Below, piece by piece: positions 45,563 through 55,939 of a DNA stretch of 64,000 nucleotides. Origin of the DNA: an uncultured delta proteobacterium (lineage in GTDB: Bacteria > Desulfobacterota > Desulfobacteria > Desulfobacterales > SG8-13); the NCBI GenBank assembly GCA_963848135.1, contig CAWKCK010000017.1, positions 1-64,000 of the forward strand, read 5' to 3'. The notes under the pieces were generated by a model, which saw only the letters and a list, made by a program, of their open reading frames with translations, was not told the origin of the DNA and made no database searches. The position numbers and the translations under genes are program-made. How positions within the stretch are numbered: position 1 is the first letter of the stretch; each line of letters begins with the position of its first letter.

Positions 45563-45805
45563 AATGCCTCCTTTCAATTATGCAGAAGACGTAAATTACC
45601 AACTCAAACAGAGAATATTTCGGATCTATACACAGCGTCCAATATTAATGCGCAATGGAATCGAAAGACCTTCTCATTTTAGGGACTCACCGGTTTTGTA
45701 TGCGCAATCATTTATGACGCTCCGCATAGTAGCACTTGATGTAAATACTTTTTTAGATGTCCAAAATCGAGAGGGACTTTTCGGATAGATGATTTCACAC
45801 CCCAA

Positions 45806-46300
45806 TCAATCAGATTTTGGGCTTTGATTTTTGTGACCGAACCACTTAGGCAGATTATCATTTATATCAATAACCCGCATACCATAGAAAATATGGCACG
45901 TTGGTTTGAATTTCGTTGGAACTCTTGATACACCCCCGAAATTGAAAAGTGATGGAAACGCAAGCCACATTTTACGTCCTTCATCGGCAATAAGAGTGCC
46001 ACACAAAGCACAACTTACTTTGCAAGGTAGAATTCTCTCGTGTTTGTTTAGTTCATTGTTGTAAAAGTTTAGATGATCAATGCCTTCAGTAATTCTGACA
46101 TCATGTTTATGAAATATAGCTGCCCATTGCATAGGAGCCCCATGCAGTTTTTGACATGCCAAACAATGACATATTTTTGCATCTACAGGATCCGAGCATA
46201 CTTCGTATTTTACCGCATTGCAGTAACAACTTGCCCGGTATTTGGCTCTAAAATTAACGTCTGAAATCGACGCATAATTTGATCCAAATTCTTTTTTCAT
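45806..46300 (-). CDS. GFA (CENP-V/Mss4-like) family protein
   Basis: SCYC, CHCLACQK, CALCG, CHIFY. Confidence 0.88.
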   Translation of the reverse strand: MKKEFGSNYASISDVNFRAKYRASCYCNAVKYEVCSDPVDAKICHCLACQKLHGAPMQWAAIFHKHDVRITEGIDHLNFYNNELNKHERILPCKVSCALCGTLIADEGRKMWLAFPSLFNFGGVSRVPTKFKPTCHIFYGMRVIDINDNLPKWFGHKNQSPKSD

Positions 46301-46624
46301 TGCATCACCACGTATTTTCTAATTTAATTGAAACGTTTATAAATTGAGAGATGCCCAAATATCAAATTAAACGAGAATATTTCAGATAATATCTGGATGC
46401 TCGAAACAAAATGTGCAATCAACTAAGATTTTAAATTTCGGTAAATTCAAGCATCATCGGTGAACTGTAGACTGCAGAGGAGTCTGACAGCATATTTCAA
46501 TAGGAAAGACAATCAATTTTTGCTTGCCTAAATGTGTGGGTTTCGTGCCTGAACCGAATCTTTGAAACCCCCTTAAATTCATTGCACCTTTCAGGTGCAA
46601 TCCCAAAATTTTCAGATAGGGCTT

Positions 46625-47236
46625 CTACGGAACCAACCAGGTGGACCGCAATCTGTCCTTATCCCATTCGAATAGGGCACGGCGATTCCCGGTTATATTC
46701 AAAAGTAACCAATCAATAGAAAATACGTGCACCACAATAACCATAAAATTCTTCCGGCACCTTTCGGTTTTCAAAAGGGTTGGGATTTTATTGAGCAGAA
46801 AATCGGGTAATCCGGATGAGGGCTTACCAATGCGTGCGCCGGGAGGCTGAGACGTACAGTAATTCAGGCGACTTGTAATGCTGGTATCAGCCCATTGTCT
46901 ATCAGCATATGCATCATGCGCATGTAATGTCGCATATCCTAATATTCTCAGCTGAATTTTCTTTCTGGGATGATAAAACAACCAGCTAGTTTGCGAACAA
47001 TTCATAATTTCTTGCACTTTTGCGGATCGCGCATCGGTATGACAAACTAAAATTCGGTCGGGCACCTTGACTTGCCTGAGGATAACGGTTCGCAAACTGC
47101 ACCCCTCTCTTGCTGTGGTGCCAAGCACTGGCCAATGAAAAGGATCATCCGAATGGGTAGCACCTTGCTCAAGCATGAACCAGATATTATTTAAAGTATC
47201 ATCGAGAGTGTCCGATTTTTCATTTCTGATTTTCAT
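46625..47236 (-). CDS. Pyridoxamine 5'-phosphate oxidase-related FMN-binding protein
   Basis: RTVILR, HTDARSAK, LFYHP..KIQLR. Confidence 0.85.
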   Translation of the reverse strand: MKIRNEKSDTLDDTLNNIWFMLEQGATHSDDPFHWPVLGTTAREGCSLRTVILRQVKVPDRILVCHTDARSAKVQEIMNCSQTSWLFYHPRKKIQLRILGYATLHAHDAYADRQWADTSITSRLNYCTSQPPGARIGKPSSGLPDFLLNKIPTLLKTERCRKNFMVIVVHVFSIDWLLLNITGNRRALFEWDKDRLRSTWLVP

Positions 47237-47445
47237 TTTCTTCTCTATTCAATCTGAATTGCCCCACTACTTATCGACAAGACAGCAGGATCGCCTCTTA
47301 ATTTCCATTTCTTGAATAATAAAGGTAAATTTCATTCATTAGTTAAAATTATAGCGCTCATTAAATCAGCCGAAAATCGCTTTCTGAATAGCAAATGAAT
47401 CTCCCTTCAGCAAACTACAGGGTATCAAAACTGATTGATTTTATC

Positions 47446-47478
47446 CCTTCACCCTAACCCTCTCCCCAGGGAGAGGGA
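47446..47478. repeat. REP-like palindrome
   Basis: CCCTTCACCCTAACCCTCTCCCCAGGGAGAGGG. Confidence 0.6.
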
Positions 47479-47735
47479 ATGTGTGGTGACCCTGCATTGA
47501 GCTACAGGGAATAGTCAAGTTTAAATCTCAGGTGCTGGTTTCCACAGATATCGGTCATCGAAACTTTTTTTAGCAAATTTGTGTTTCACATCGATAACCT
47601 TGCCAGGTTTTTGCGCCGGGGCAATTGGCTCCAACGAATCCCGTTCGTTCCTCCCGTGACAAAGGCTTTGGGCATTTACTGTGGCTCCTTCTCTATAAAA
47701 TAATAGCAGGACCGTTATAGCCCTGCTACTCATAA

Positions 47736-47885
47736 CTAACCCTGCTCATCAATCTCTGCACTATGAGCATTCTTCTTGATGGACTCGATAGCGTTCATTG
47801 CTGCTTTTTTCTGCTTGTATCCCTCACTGGCAAACATGTTCTCACCATTTGGGGCCTTAAAGGCGACCCGTTGGCCTGACAGGTC
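47736..47885 (-). pseudogene. YegP/DUF1508-like fragment
   Basis: Minus frame RVAFKAPNGENMFASEGYKQKKAAMNAIESIKKNA; no clear start. Confidence 0.55.
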
Positions 47886-48307
47886 GCCCGATATATGGGA
47901 AGCGTGGCGCAAAGCGCTTATTTATTATCAAAAGCCTCTTATAGAGTATGTCAAATCAGAATGAAGTTAAACTTATTAACGATAAGAATATCAAAGCGAA
48001 TTAACCCGAACGCTGCCCAAAGTGCGGAAAGAATGCATTTTGGCGCAAATCGCCCTCCACTGAGTGGCGGTGTTATTATTGTGATCCACCGCCGGTGGTC
48101 AGGAAGCAGCAGGAATATGCCACGCAATGAATTTCCTCAATAGCTCATTTTGAGCTGCACACGATTCAATAATTTTTTACCTTGGGTAACCTTGCAGAAG
48201 GAATAAATTGAGGCTTTGGTGCGTAATTTTTAGTATATTTGTTGGGTATTAGGAATATTAAAACAAAAAAGGTTCAGGAAATTCTCCTAAACCCTTAATT
48301 TTATTGG

Positions 48308-48385
48308 TGGCGTCCCCAAGGGGATTCGAACCCCTGTCGCCGGCGTGAAAGGCCGGTGTCCTGGACCGGGCTAGACGATGGGGAC
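48308..48385 (-). tRNA. tRNA-Glu (TTC)
   Basis: GTCCCCA...TGGGGAC-G-CCA cloverleaf, anticodon TTC, GGTTCGAATCC T-arm. Confidence 0.97.
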
Positions 48386-48402
48386 GCAAAGTAAATACCT
48401 TC

Positions 48403-48478
48403 TGGTGGGCCGTGTTGGACTCGAACCAACGACTCTCTGCTTAAAAGGCAGATACTCTACCGACTGAGTTAACGGCCC
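48403..48478 (-). tRNA. tRNA-Lys (TTT)
   Basis: GGGCCGT...ACGGCCC-A-CCA, anticodon TTT. Confidence 0.97.
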
Positions 48479-48708
48479 CTCAAACCGCTCAAAGTGGGTT
48501 TAAATAACGAGAAAATCGTCGCTTGTCAACCTAAAATTAGACCCTAAACCAATACTTTTAAAGACAGGTTCGCGTTCTCTATTCCTGATATCATTACCAT
48601 TTTTTGAGTGTTAGAGAGGCATGGCCGCGTTTGATAAAATCGCATTCGCGATTTTATAGCTAGTGCCCACCCACGATCGACTGAAAAAATCGATGGGCAC
48701 ATGTGTAA

Positions 48709-48851
48709 GTGTCCGATTCATAAATGAGTAATTTTTTCTCTGGGCAAGGCCGCACAAGGGTTTTGACCGCAGGCGTAGCATGGCTACGTTGAGGATCAAA
48801 ACCCGCGGAGAACGCCGCCCAGGGGAAAAAGGGCCATTTATGGACGGACGC
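48709..48851 (-). mobile_element. 143 bp MITE-like element (copy 2)
   Basis: Homologous to 26667-26808 in reverse orientation. Confidence 0.8.
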
Positions 48852-48854
48852 CAG

Positions 48855-50303
48855 CTATTTACGCCAAAAGGCCGGCACAAGCAGAATGATCACCGTATAG
48901 ACCTCCAGCCGACCCAGTAGCATGCACCAGATCAACAGCCACTTGCCCAGGTAGGGGATCTGGGCGTAATTCTCCACCGGTCCCACCATTCCAAATCCGG
49001 GCCCGATGTTTCCAATGGTGGAGGCCACGGCACCGATGGCCGTGACAAAATCGACCCCCAGTCCGGCAAGAAATACCGTGCTGACGGCAAACAGTCCCAT
49101 ATAAAGAACCATGAATCCGAGCACGCTGCGCATCACATCGTCCGGCACCGTGATGCCTGAAATCTTGACGTGAGTGACGGCACGGGGATGAATCAGGGAA
49201 AACAGTTCCTTGTAGCTGTACTTGAAACAAAGCATCACCCTCAAGCACTTCATGCCTCCGCCGGTGGAGCCGGCGGAGGCGCCGAGGAACATGCCCATCA
49301 GCAGGATCAGCTGCGACATGGCTGGCCACTGCTCGTAATCGGCTGTGGCATATCCAGTGGTCGTCACGATGGAGACCACCTGAAAAGACCCGTAGCGCAA
49401 TGCCTGCCAAATGGAGCGGTAAACCTCTCCGTAAGCGTTGAAACTCACCACCAGTGTCAGGATCAGGACTGCACCCAGATAAAACCGGCATTCAGCATCC
49501 CGCCAGAAAGCCAGTGGACGACCCTTCAATGCCTGGTAGTGCAATGAAAAATTGACGCCGGCCAGCACCATGAAAACAAGAATGACACTGTCGATATAAA
49601 CGCTGTCATAGTGCGCAACGGATGCATTTTTCGTCGAAAATCCCCCGGTCGGCAAAGTGGTAAAAGCGTGGCACAGGGCATCGAAAAAACTCATTCCCCC
49701 GAATACAAGCATAACAAACTCAGCCAGGGTGAGGAGAACGTAAACCTTCCATAGGACCATGGAAGTATCGCGGATGCGCGGTTTGAGTTTGTCCGGCACT
49801 GGGGTAGGAACCTCTGCCTTGTAAAGCTGCATACCGCCGACCCCTAAAAACGGAAGGATCGCTACCGATAGCACTATGATGCCCATGCCGCCCAGCCACT
49901 GAATAAAACTGCGCCAGAATAGCAACCCTTTTGGCACCGATTCGATATCAGTGAGGATAGACGCACCGGTGGTAGTAGCCCCGGAGACCGACTCGAAAAC
50001 AGCGTCGACAAAAATGCAGGAATCGATGCCCAAATAAAAAGGCAGGGCCCCCGTTAATCCGATGGCCGTCCATGATAAGGCGACAATCGCCATTCCCTCC
50101 CGCTGGGTCAGCACCTCTGCCTTGGCGCCCCGGAACACAAAATAGAGCACCGCCCCGGCGCCGATGGTCAGGCCCATCGATTCGAGCAGGGGCTTGATGC
50201 TCGAATCCGCAAAAAAGAGCCCACAGAGTATCGCGAAGACCATCGTCAGTCCGAAAAAGAAATTCAGAACACCGACAATTTTAGCAATGTAGCGCCAGCG
50301 CAT
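48855..50303 (-). CDS. trkH: Trk potassium uptake permease TrkH (copy 2)
   Basis: SGATTTGAS, WLGGMG, TGGFS, GSTGGGMK, NIGPG, GRLE. Confidence 0.93.
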   Translation of the reverse strand: MRWRYIAKIVGVLNFFFGLTMVFAILCGLFFADSSIKPLLESMGLTIGAGAVLYFVFRGAKAEVLTQREGMAIVALSWTAIGLTGALPFYLGIDSCIFVDAVFESVSGATTTGASILTDIESVPKGLLFWRSFIQWLGGMGIIVLSVAILPFLGVGGMQLYKAEVPTPVPDKLKPRIRDTSMVLWKVYVLLTLAEFVMLVFGGMSFFDALCHAFTTLPTGGFSTKNASVAHYDSVYIDSVILVFMVLAGVNFSLHYQALKGRPLAFWRDAECRFYLGAVLILTLVVSFNAYGEVYRSIWQALRYGSFQVVSIVTTTGYATADYEQWPAMSQLILLMGMFLGASAGSTGGGMKCLRVMLCFKYSYKELFSLIHPRAVTHVKISGITVPDDVMRSVLGFMVLYMGLFAVSTVFLAGLGVDFVTAIGAVASTIGNIGPGFGMVGPVENYAQIPYLGKWLLIWCMLLGRLEVYTVIILLVPAFWRK

Positions 50304-51668
50304 TTAAAAGAATTCCAGCTTGACCGCCAACAGCTTTTCGATGCCGGGTACCGCCTTGCGGGTGGCGAAAATGATAACCCGGTCGTCGGGTTCGATAACG
50401 CTGTCACCGGTGGGAATGATTATTTCTTCCTGACGAATAATGCCTGCCACCATGGCGCCTTTTGGAAACGCAATGCGTTTGAGGGGTTTGGAGACGATTT
50501 CGGAGGTTTCCAGGGCCACAGCTTCCATGACCTCGGCCTCCTCACCTTTGATGGAAATATCCGAGATCACTTGGCCTTTGCGGATATGCTGCAGAATCGA
50601 GTTGATAGCCGACAGACGCGGGCTAACGATCTGTTCGATCCCGATGGTAGTCATAAGAGAAAAATAACCGAACTTGCTGACCCGGGTGATGGTCTTGCGA
50701 GCCCCCATACGATGCGCCAGAAGCGAGATCAGGATGTTGGTTTCATCGTCATTGGTGAGGGTAATCACCACATCGGTTTCCTGAATATTCGCCTCGGTCA
50801 GCAGGCCTTGATCGGATCCGTCACCACACAACACGACAACCTTGTTCAGGCGTTGGGCGAGTATATTACAACGGTCTGGCTTCTTCTCAATTATCTTGGT
50901 GCTCACCGGCCGCTGGTCCAGCAACGTGGTTAACCGTTGTCCGATACGGCCGCCGCCAACAATAAGTATCCGTTTCAACGGTTCTGAGCGTTTGTCGAAC
51001 ACATCGAGCGTGTTGAGAAGCTTGGATTCTTCGCTGATGAAGTAAACCAAATCACCGGCCAGCAACCGATCCTCACCACGCGGAATAATAATCTTCTCGT
51101 CGCGCACAATCGCTGCAATCAACGGTCGATTGTCACCGAGCATCGACGGCAGGTCCGATAACTGCACACCGGCCAGGCGAGCCGTCGGTTCAAGTTTAAT
51201 CCCGACAAACTTGATGCGGCCTTCGGCAAAATCATTCACGTCAACAGCCCCCGGAACCTGCATCAAACGATCGATGGTCTTGACCACTTCGATTTCAGGA
51301 TTGATGACGGTGTCTATATGGGGGGCGCTGCTGTGCAATTGTTCATAGCACTGATCGTAGTCTGCTTCACGGATGCGGGCCATCTTTCTGGTGGATGGCG
51401 AGAGAATGTCGGCCATCAGGCAGGCGACCAGGTTGGTTTCATCATGGTTGGTTACCGCCAATAGTATCTCCGCCGATTTGATGCCGGCTTCCTCTAGCAC
51501 GATGGGGCTGCTTCCGGAACCCTGAACAACCTGAACATCGAGGTTCTCGGAAACACGGCGCAGAGCGTACGGATTTCTGTCGATAACCACAACATCTTTG
51601 TTTTCACGCGCAAGGCGGCTGGCAATATGATAACCGACCTCGCCTGCCCCGACAATCACGATTTTCAA
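50304..51668 (-). CDS. trkA: Trk potassium uptake protein TrkA (copy 2)
   Basis: MKIVIVGAGEVG; second GGGRIG RCK domain. Confidence 0.93.
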   Translation of the reverse strand: MKIVIVGAGEVGYHIASRLARENKDVVVIDRNPYALRRVSENLDVQVVQGSGSSPIVLEEAGIKSAEILLAVTNHDETNLVACLMADILSPSTRKMARIREADYDQCYEQLHSSAPHIDTVINPEIEVVKTIDRLMQVPGAVDVNDFAEGRIKFVGIKLEPTARLAGVQLSDLPSMLGDNRPLIAAIVRDEKIIIPRGEDRLLAGDLVYFISEESKLLNTLDVFDKRSEPLKRILIVGGGRIGQRLTTLLDQRPVSTKIIEKKPDRCNILAQRLNKVVVLCGDGSDQGLLTEANIQETDVVITLTNDDETNILISLLAHRMGARKTITRVSKFGYFSLMTTIGIEQIVSPRLSAINSILQHIRKGQVISDISIKGEEAEVMEAVALETSEIVSKPLKRIAFPKGAMVAGIIRQEEIIIPTGDSVIEPDDRVIIFATRKAVPGIEKLLAVKLEFF

Positions 51669-52027
51669 CTTTTCGCACCCTTCTCTCTTGGTTTACGGTC
51701 CGCCTGCAAAGGGCAAATCGTCCTTGCCCTAAAAGAGTCTCATTAACCGGGCACAGCATTTACACCCGAAAAAATCCCCTGTCAACTGCAGATGACTATT
51801 AACCAGTGAGGTATCTCAAACCTAAAGTGAGCGTTTCAAATTTTTAATAGATGGGGAACTACTCTATATTTAAGGAATTCTATCATCGTTTGATTTTAAA
51901 ATTTGAAACCTTTGGGTATGCCGATCTTGCCGAATCTACGGCGTCATATGCCGTCCCGCATAGCTGACTATAGCGGAACGACATCTTTCTTGTACCCGCG
52001 GCAACCTCGACAAATGCTCAAATTAGG

Positions 52028-52786
52028 TCAAAGAAAGCTCAGCAGCCCGACGATTGCGATGATACCGCAAAACATCCACCAGTCGCTTTTTCGTACCGAA
52101 AGAATAGGGTCTGTCCGCAGGTCCGAATAGCATCTGGTTTCCATCGCTTCGGTGAGTCGATCGGCGCCTATAAAAAGGCGCCGCAGGAAAGGAATGACAA
52201 AACGGGTGAGTCGATAGACGGGGTTCCGGCGGTTTTCGATTCCGCGGGCCCGTTGTGCATCGAGCGTGGCCTCGGACTGACGGAATACGAGCGGAATGAA
52301 ACGAAGCAGCAGCCCCAACATCGTGCCGATCCGAGCGGCGGGAAGCCGCGGAATCGGTTTCAGAAAATAAACCACAGCGGCTTTGACCGCCGAAGGTCTT
52401 GTGGTGACCACGAAAATCAGACCGTATATGGCCACCAGAATAAGTCGCCATGCCATCAGTGCTCCTGCTATGGCACCCTCGCGGGTCACCGGTATCCACG
52501 ATACGTCCAATAGCGGCACACCCGGCGTCGTTAACGCCCGTGCAAAAACAACCAGCGCCAGGAGCAGAATAAAATAGCGCAGTTCAATCAGAATTTTAGC
52601 CGGTGGCAATCCGACATAGCGGCCCGCTATCACCGCCAAAAGCGATATCACCGCCAGCGGCAGGGAACCGTAAGTCAGTATGGCCAGAGACAGGAACGCT
52701 AAGACGATAAGCTTGAATCTAACATCCAACTTGTGGATGCTGCTTTCGCCGGATCGATAAGTAACAAAGGCACTCAGGCGAGCCAT
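52028..52786 (-). CDS. ECF transporter transmembrane component T
   Basis: HKLDVRFK, LRFIP, AQRARG, AMETRCY. Confidence 0.9.
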   Translation of the reverse strand: MARLSAFVTYRSGESSIHKLDVRFKLIVLAFLSLAILTYGSLPLAVISLLAVIAGRYVGLPPAKILIELRYFILLLALVVFARALTTPGVPLLDVSWIPVTREGAIAGALMAWRLILVAIYGLIFVVTTRPSAVKAAVVYFLKPIPRLPAARIGTMLGLLLRFIPLVFRQSEATLDAQRARGIENRRNPVYRLTRFVIPFLRRLFIGADRLTEAMETRCYSDLRTDPILSVRKSDWWMFCGIIAIVGLLSFL

Positions 52787-53523
52787 GATTCGACCGCCAA
52801 GCCCAGTCGTGACACACACGGTTCCCGGACACCGAACTGCTCGACATCCTTGATAATCTGATCGGGAATGCCGTCCCTGACAATACGACCGGTATCCATG
52901 ATAACCAGACGATCAGCATGGTGGAGGATCTTCTCAAGATCATGGGTGCTGATCAGCAGTGTTTTTCCAGCCTTTTTCATACGCACCATTTCCTTTAGTA
53001 CCTGCCGCGTACCCTTATAATCGAGGCTTGCAAACGGCTCATCAAAAACGACAACCTCCGGATCCATTGCCAAGATTCCGGCGATGGACAGACGTCTTTT
53101 CTCACCGCCGGACAGTGAGAAGGGAGATTGCTCGGAAAGTGCGGTCAGCCCAACTGTCTGCAGGACCTCGCTGACGCGGGAAGAAATCTCGTTCGGCGCC
53201 AGGCATAGGTTTTCTGGTCCAAAAGCCACGTCAGCGGCAACCGTCTCGCCGACAATTTGATTATCGGCATCCTGAAAAATCATGCCCACCAATTGCCGGG
53301 CGCGACGGAGGTCCCGGGCGACCTCTTTACCCTCGATTTTCACACTGCCGGATTGCGGAACCAGAAGGCCATTGAGCTGTTTCAGTAACGTCGTTTTCCC
53401 TGATCCATTGGGCCCGGTGATAACGACCACCGTGCCCTTTTCAAACCTCATGGACACCCCGTCGAGCCCGATGGTGCCGTCCGGGTAGCGGTAACTCACA
53501 TTATCGACATCGATGATGGGCAT
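52774..53523 (-). CDS. ECF transporter ATPase
   Basis: GPNGSGKTT, FQDADNQ, LSGGEKRR, DEP. Confidence 0.92.
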   Translation of the reverse strand: MPIIDVDNVSYRYPDGTIGLDGVSMRFEKGTVVVITGPNGSGKTTLLKQLNGLLVPQSGSVKIEGKEVARDLRRARQLVGMIFQDADNQIVGETVAADVAFGPENLCLAPNEISSRVSEVLQTVGLTALSEQSPFSLSGGEKRRLSIAGILAMDPEVVVFDEPFASLDYKGTRQVLKEMVRMKKAGKTLLISTHDLEKILHHADRLVIMDTGRIVRDGIPDQIIKDVEQFGVREPCVSRLGLAVESWLA

Positions 53524-53624
53524 GGAAAATGTGTCCTGTTGTTATGGGTTACGGGTTGCGCCCCGGTTGAATGACACTGCGTGTCTTCCCATCGAGAATT
53601 CAACCCCGATACCATCTACCGGAG

Positions 53625-54209
53625 CTACGGGGCAGGCGGGGTTAAAGGTTGCGGGTAGTGTGCCGGGGTATGGATCACCGGGCGCAACGCGCGGGCAATT
53701 GGAACAGCCACCGCAATTTTGAGCGCATCTCCCGGCAAAAAAGGAAGCATGCCGACGGCAAGGGCTTTGGTCCACGGCAGTCCGGTAAGCAGCTTGAGCC
53801 AGAAAAGTCCACAGGCATAGAGAACCACCGTACCACAAAGCATGCCCAGAATATCTCCCACCGGGCGCTGGCCGGTTTTGGCAGCGATCCACCCGATCAA
53901 AAACACCGCGGGAAGATATCCGATTAGATATCCGCCGGTCGGGCCGAAAAAACGTCCGACACCACCCGTTCCACCGGCAAAAACGGGTAAGCCGACGGCC
54001 CCGGCCAACAGGTAAATTCCCACACTGGCCAGCCCCCAGCGACCGCCCAAAATAAGACCGGCCAGAAACACAAACAGATTCTGCATGACAACCGGCACCG
54101 GTCCTATCGGCAAAACCATATAGGCACCCACAGCCGTCAGGGCCGCAAATAGGGTTGAATAAACGGTCATTCTCAGAGAAATGGGTTGTTGCGGGTTCAT
54201 TTCAATCAT
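53625..54209 (-). CDS. bioY: Biotin transporter S component BioY
   Basis: GPVPVVMQN, GLPVFAGG, GPTGGYLIG, PFLPGDALK. Confidence 0.93.
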   Translation of the reverse strand: MIEMNPQQPISLRMTVYSTLFAALTAVGAYMVLPIGPVPVVMQNLFVFLAGLILGGRWGLASVGIYLLAGAVGLPVFAGGTGGVGRFFGPTGGYLIGYLPAVFLIGWIAAKTGQRPVGDILGMLCGTVVLYACGLFWLKLLTGLPWTKALAVGMLPFLPGDALKIAVAVPIARALRPVIHTPAHYPQPLTPPAP

Positions 54210-54278
54210 CCTTCGATCAAAGTCCTTTATTTTTCATTTAGCGAGTGTCCATTCTCGAAAAGTTGATGGCACTAATGC

Positions 54279-54420
54279 GTGACCAATTCACAAAAGAGAA
54301 TTTTTTTCGCTGAGCAAGGCCGCACAAGGGTTTGCGGCGAGGCGTACTTTTCGTACGCCACAGTCGGAAACCTGCGGAGAACGCCGCCCAACGTAAAAAA
54401 GGCCATTTATGGATGGACAC
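54279..54420 (-). mobile_element. 142 bp MITE-like element (copy 3)
   Basis: Homologous to copies 1 and 2, with TIRs. Confidence 0.8.
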
Positions 54421-54429
54421 TAGCGAATT

Positions 54430-55359
54430 TTACAGGTGAAAGCAGTCACCATAAAAGATCGTCTTCAATGTCCCATCTGCAAGCTTGAGGATCAGTGACC
54501 CGTTTTCATCCACGTCAACGGCCGTGCCTTCAGACGTCTCACTCTGGGTCTGGATCTTGACCTTGCGACCGATAGTAACCGTCTGGGTCTTCCACTCGTC
54601 AATAACGTTTATCGTATCCAAGGTTTCAAGCCTGGCCTCCAGTGAGGTCAGAAAAGCGGCCAGAAAGGCTTTGCGTGACACCGGCTGCCCAACAATGTCC
54701 TTGATTGACACGGCTCCCGGTACGGTTGAGGATGGATCGTTGTTGGCATTGAGGCCGATACCGACATTGACATAGGCCACCCGGTCGGTCTCTGCCTCCA
54801 TTTCGGACAGGATACCCGCGAGTTTGCGGTCGTTGACCAGAATGTCATTGGGCCATTTTAGCGCGGCGGGAATCCCGTAGAGTTGTTGCAGCGCCCTGGC
54901 CATGACAAGGGATACACAGAAGTTCACCTGCAGGCTGAGCATCGGCGCCAGGTTGGGTCTGAGAACGACCGTGAAATAGAGGCCGCCTTTTTCGGAGGTC
55001 CAATGGCGCTGCAGGCGTCCCCGGCCGAGTGTCTGTCGTTCAGCCACAACTACCGTCAGCGCCGGGCATCCCCCCCGCGCCAGCTTACGGGCAATATCCA
55101 TGGTCGAGGAGACTTCCGGATAAAAATGGATCGCCTTTTCACGCCCCGGAAATTCCCACCGATAGGGCACATCCGGCTCCACCAACAAATGGTAGCCCTT
55201 ACCTGATGTGCTGATGTCATATCCGCATTCCTGTAATTTCTGAATGTGCTTCCAGACGGCCGTTCGCGAGAGACCAAGGATGCTGCTGAGCGCCTCTCCC
55301 GAAACGATCGTTGACTCTTCTCTGAGGAGATTGAGGATTTTTCCTTTTGTTCCGTTCAT
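54430..55359 (-). CDS. birA: Bifunctional biotin ligase/repressor BirA
   Basis: N-terminal HTH (SRTAVWKHI), QTLGRGR, LKWPND, KLAGIL. Confidence 0.95.
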   Translation of the reverse strand: MNGTKGKILNLLREESTIVSGEALSSILGLSRTAVWKHIQKLQECGYDISTSGKGYHLLVEPDVPYRWEFPGREKAIHFYPEVSSTMDIARKLARGGCPALTVVVAERQTLGRGRLQRHWTSEKGGLYFTVVLRPNLAPMLSLQVNFCVSLVMARALQQLYGIPAALKWPNDILVNDRKLAGILSEMEAETDRVAYVNVGIGLNANNDPSSTVPGAVSIKDIVGQPVSRKAFLAAFLTSLEARLETLDTINVIDEWKTQTVTIGRKVKIQTQSETSEGTAVDVDENGSLILKLADGTLKTIFYGDCFHL

Positions 55360-55362
55360 CTA

Positions 55363-55396
55363 TTCGTCAACCTTTAAAATCGCGAAGGTTAACGAA
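55363..55396. promoter_or_regulatory. BirA operator
   Basis: TTCGTCAACCTT-N10-AAGGTTAACGAA inverted repeat (GTCAAC-N16-GTTAAC) directly upstream of birA-bioY. Confidence 0.75.
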
Positions 55397-55498
55397 AATA
55401 AGAAAACCTGTCAACCATAAAACGGAAACGAAAAAAGGCTTAAAACTTTGAAACGTTCAGGCAGGCCAATGAATCGCGGTAATCTAAAGAATGGGGGG

Positions 55499-55933
55499 TC
55501 AATTGATTATTCGAATGATGCGTGGCCGGTACTCATCCTTCTTGCCCATTCGATTGCTGCGCAGCCGGACGAATACAAAAGCCAGAAGGAAAAAAAAGAG
55601 ACCTATCAGCAAGGAAAGGATTGAGGGGTCCAATTGCAATCTCGGACCCATGTTCTGTCCGATAGCAGCCCCAAGTATCATGAGAAGGACCGGAAAGACG
55701 TAGAGCAGAAATGAGACTTTCAACACCGCTGACGACGAAACGCTGAGCACGATCCGGTCGCCCACCTTCGCGCCGGCTTCGTTAAGGGCTTCGACTTCCG
55801 TTTCCTGGCCGTCACTCCCGGTGACGTGGCACGACTTGCGGGACGCTCAACCCCCACAAGCATTGCTGCGGGATGTTTTCACCCAGGCCGTGGCAGCGCC
55901 TATTCTGGTAACAATTCCCTTTTCTGTGGCCAT
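55499..55933 (-). CDS. RseC/MucC-family membrane protein with in-frame TGA (putative selenocysteine)
   Basis: MATEKGIV...SNACGG(TGA)ASRKSC...AGAKVGDRIVL...LLYVFP; TGA at 55847-55849. Confidence 0.8.
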
Positions 55934-55939
55934 AGGTTA

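Larger units (their letters stand above)
28400..48307. mobile_element. Genomic island / cassette array adjacent to the tRNA-Glu 3' end
   Basis: AT-rich intergenic DNA, unrelated genes, repeated sites, integrase pseudogene, tRNA at right edge; left boundary approximate. Confidence 0.7.
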
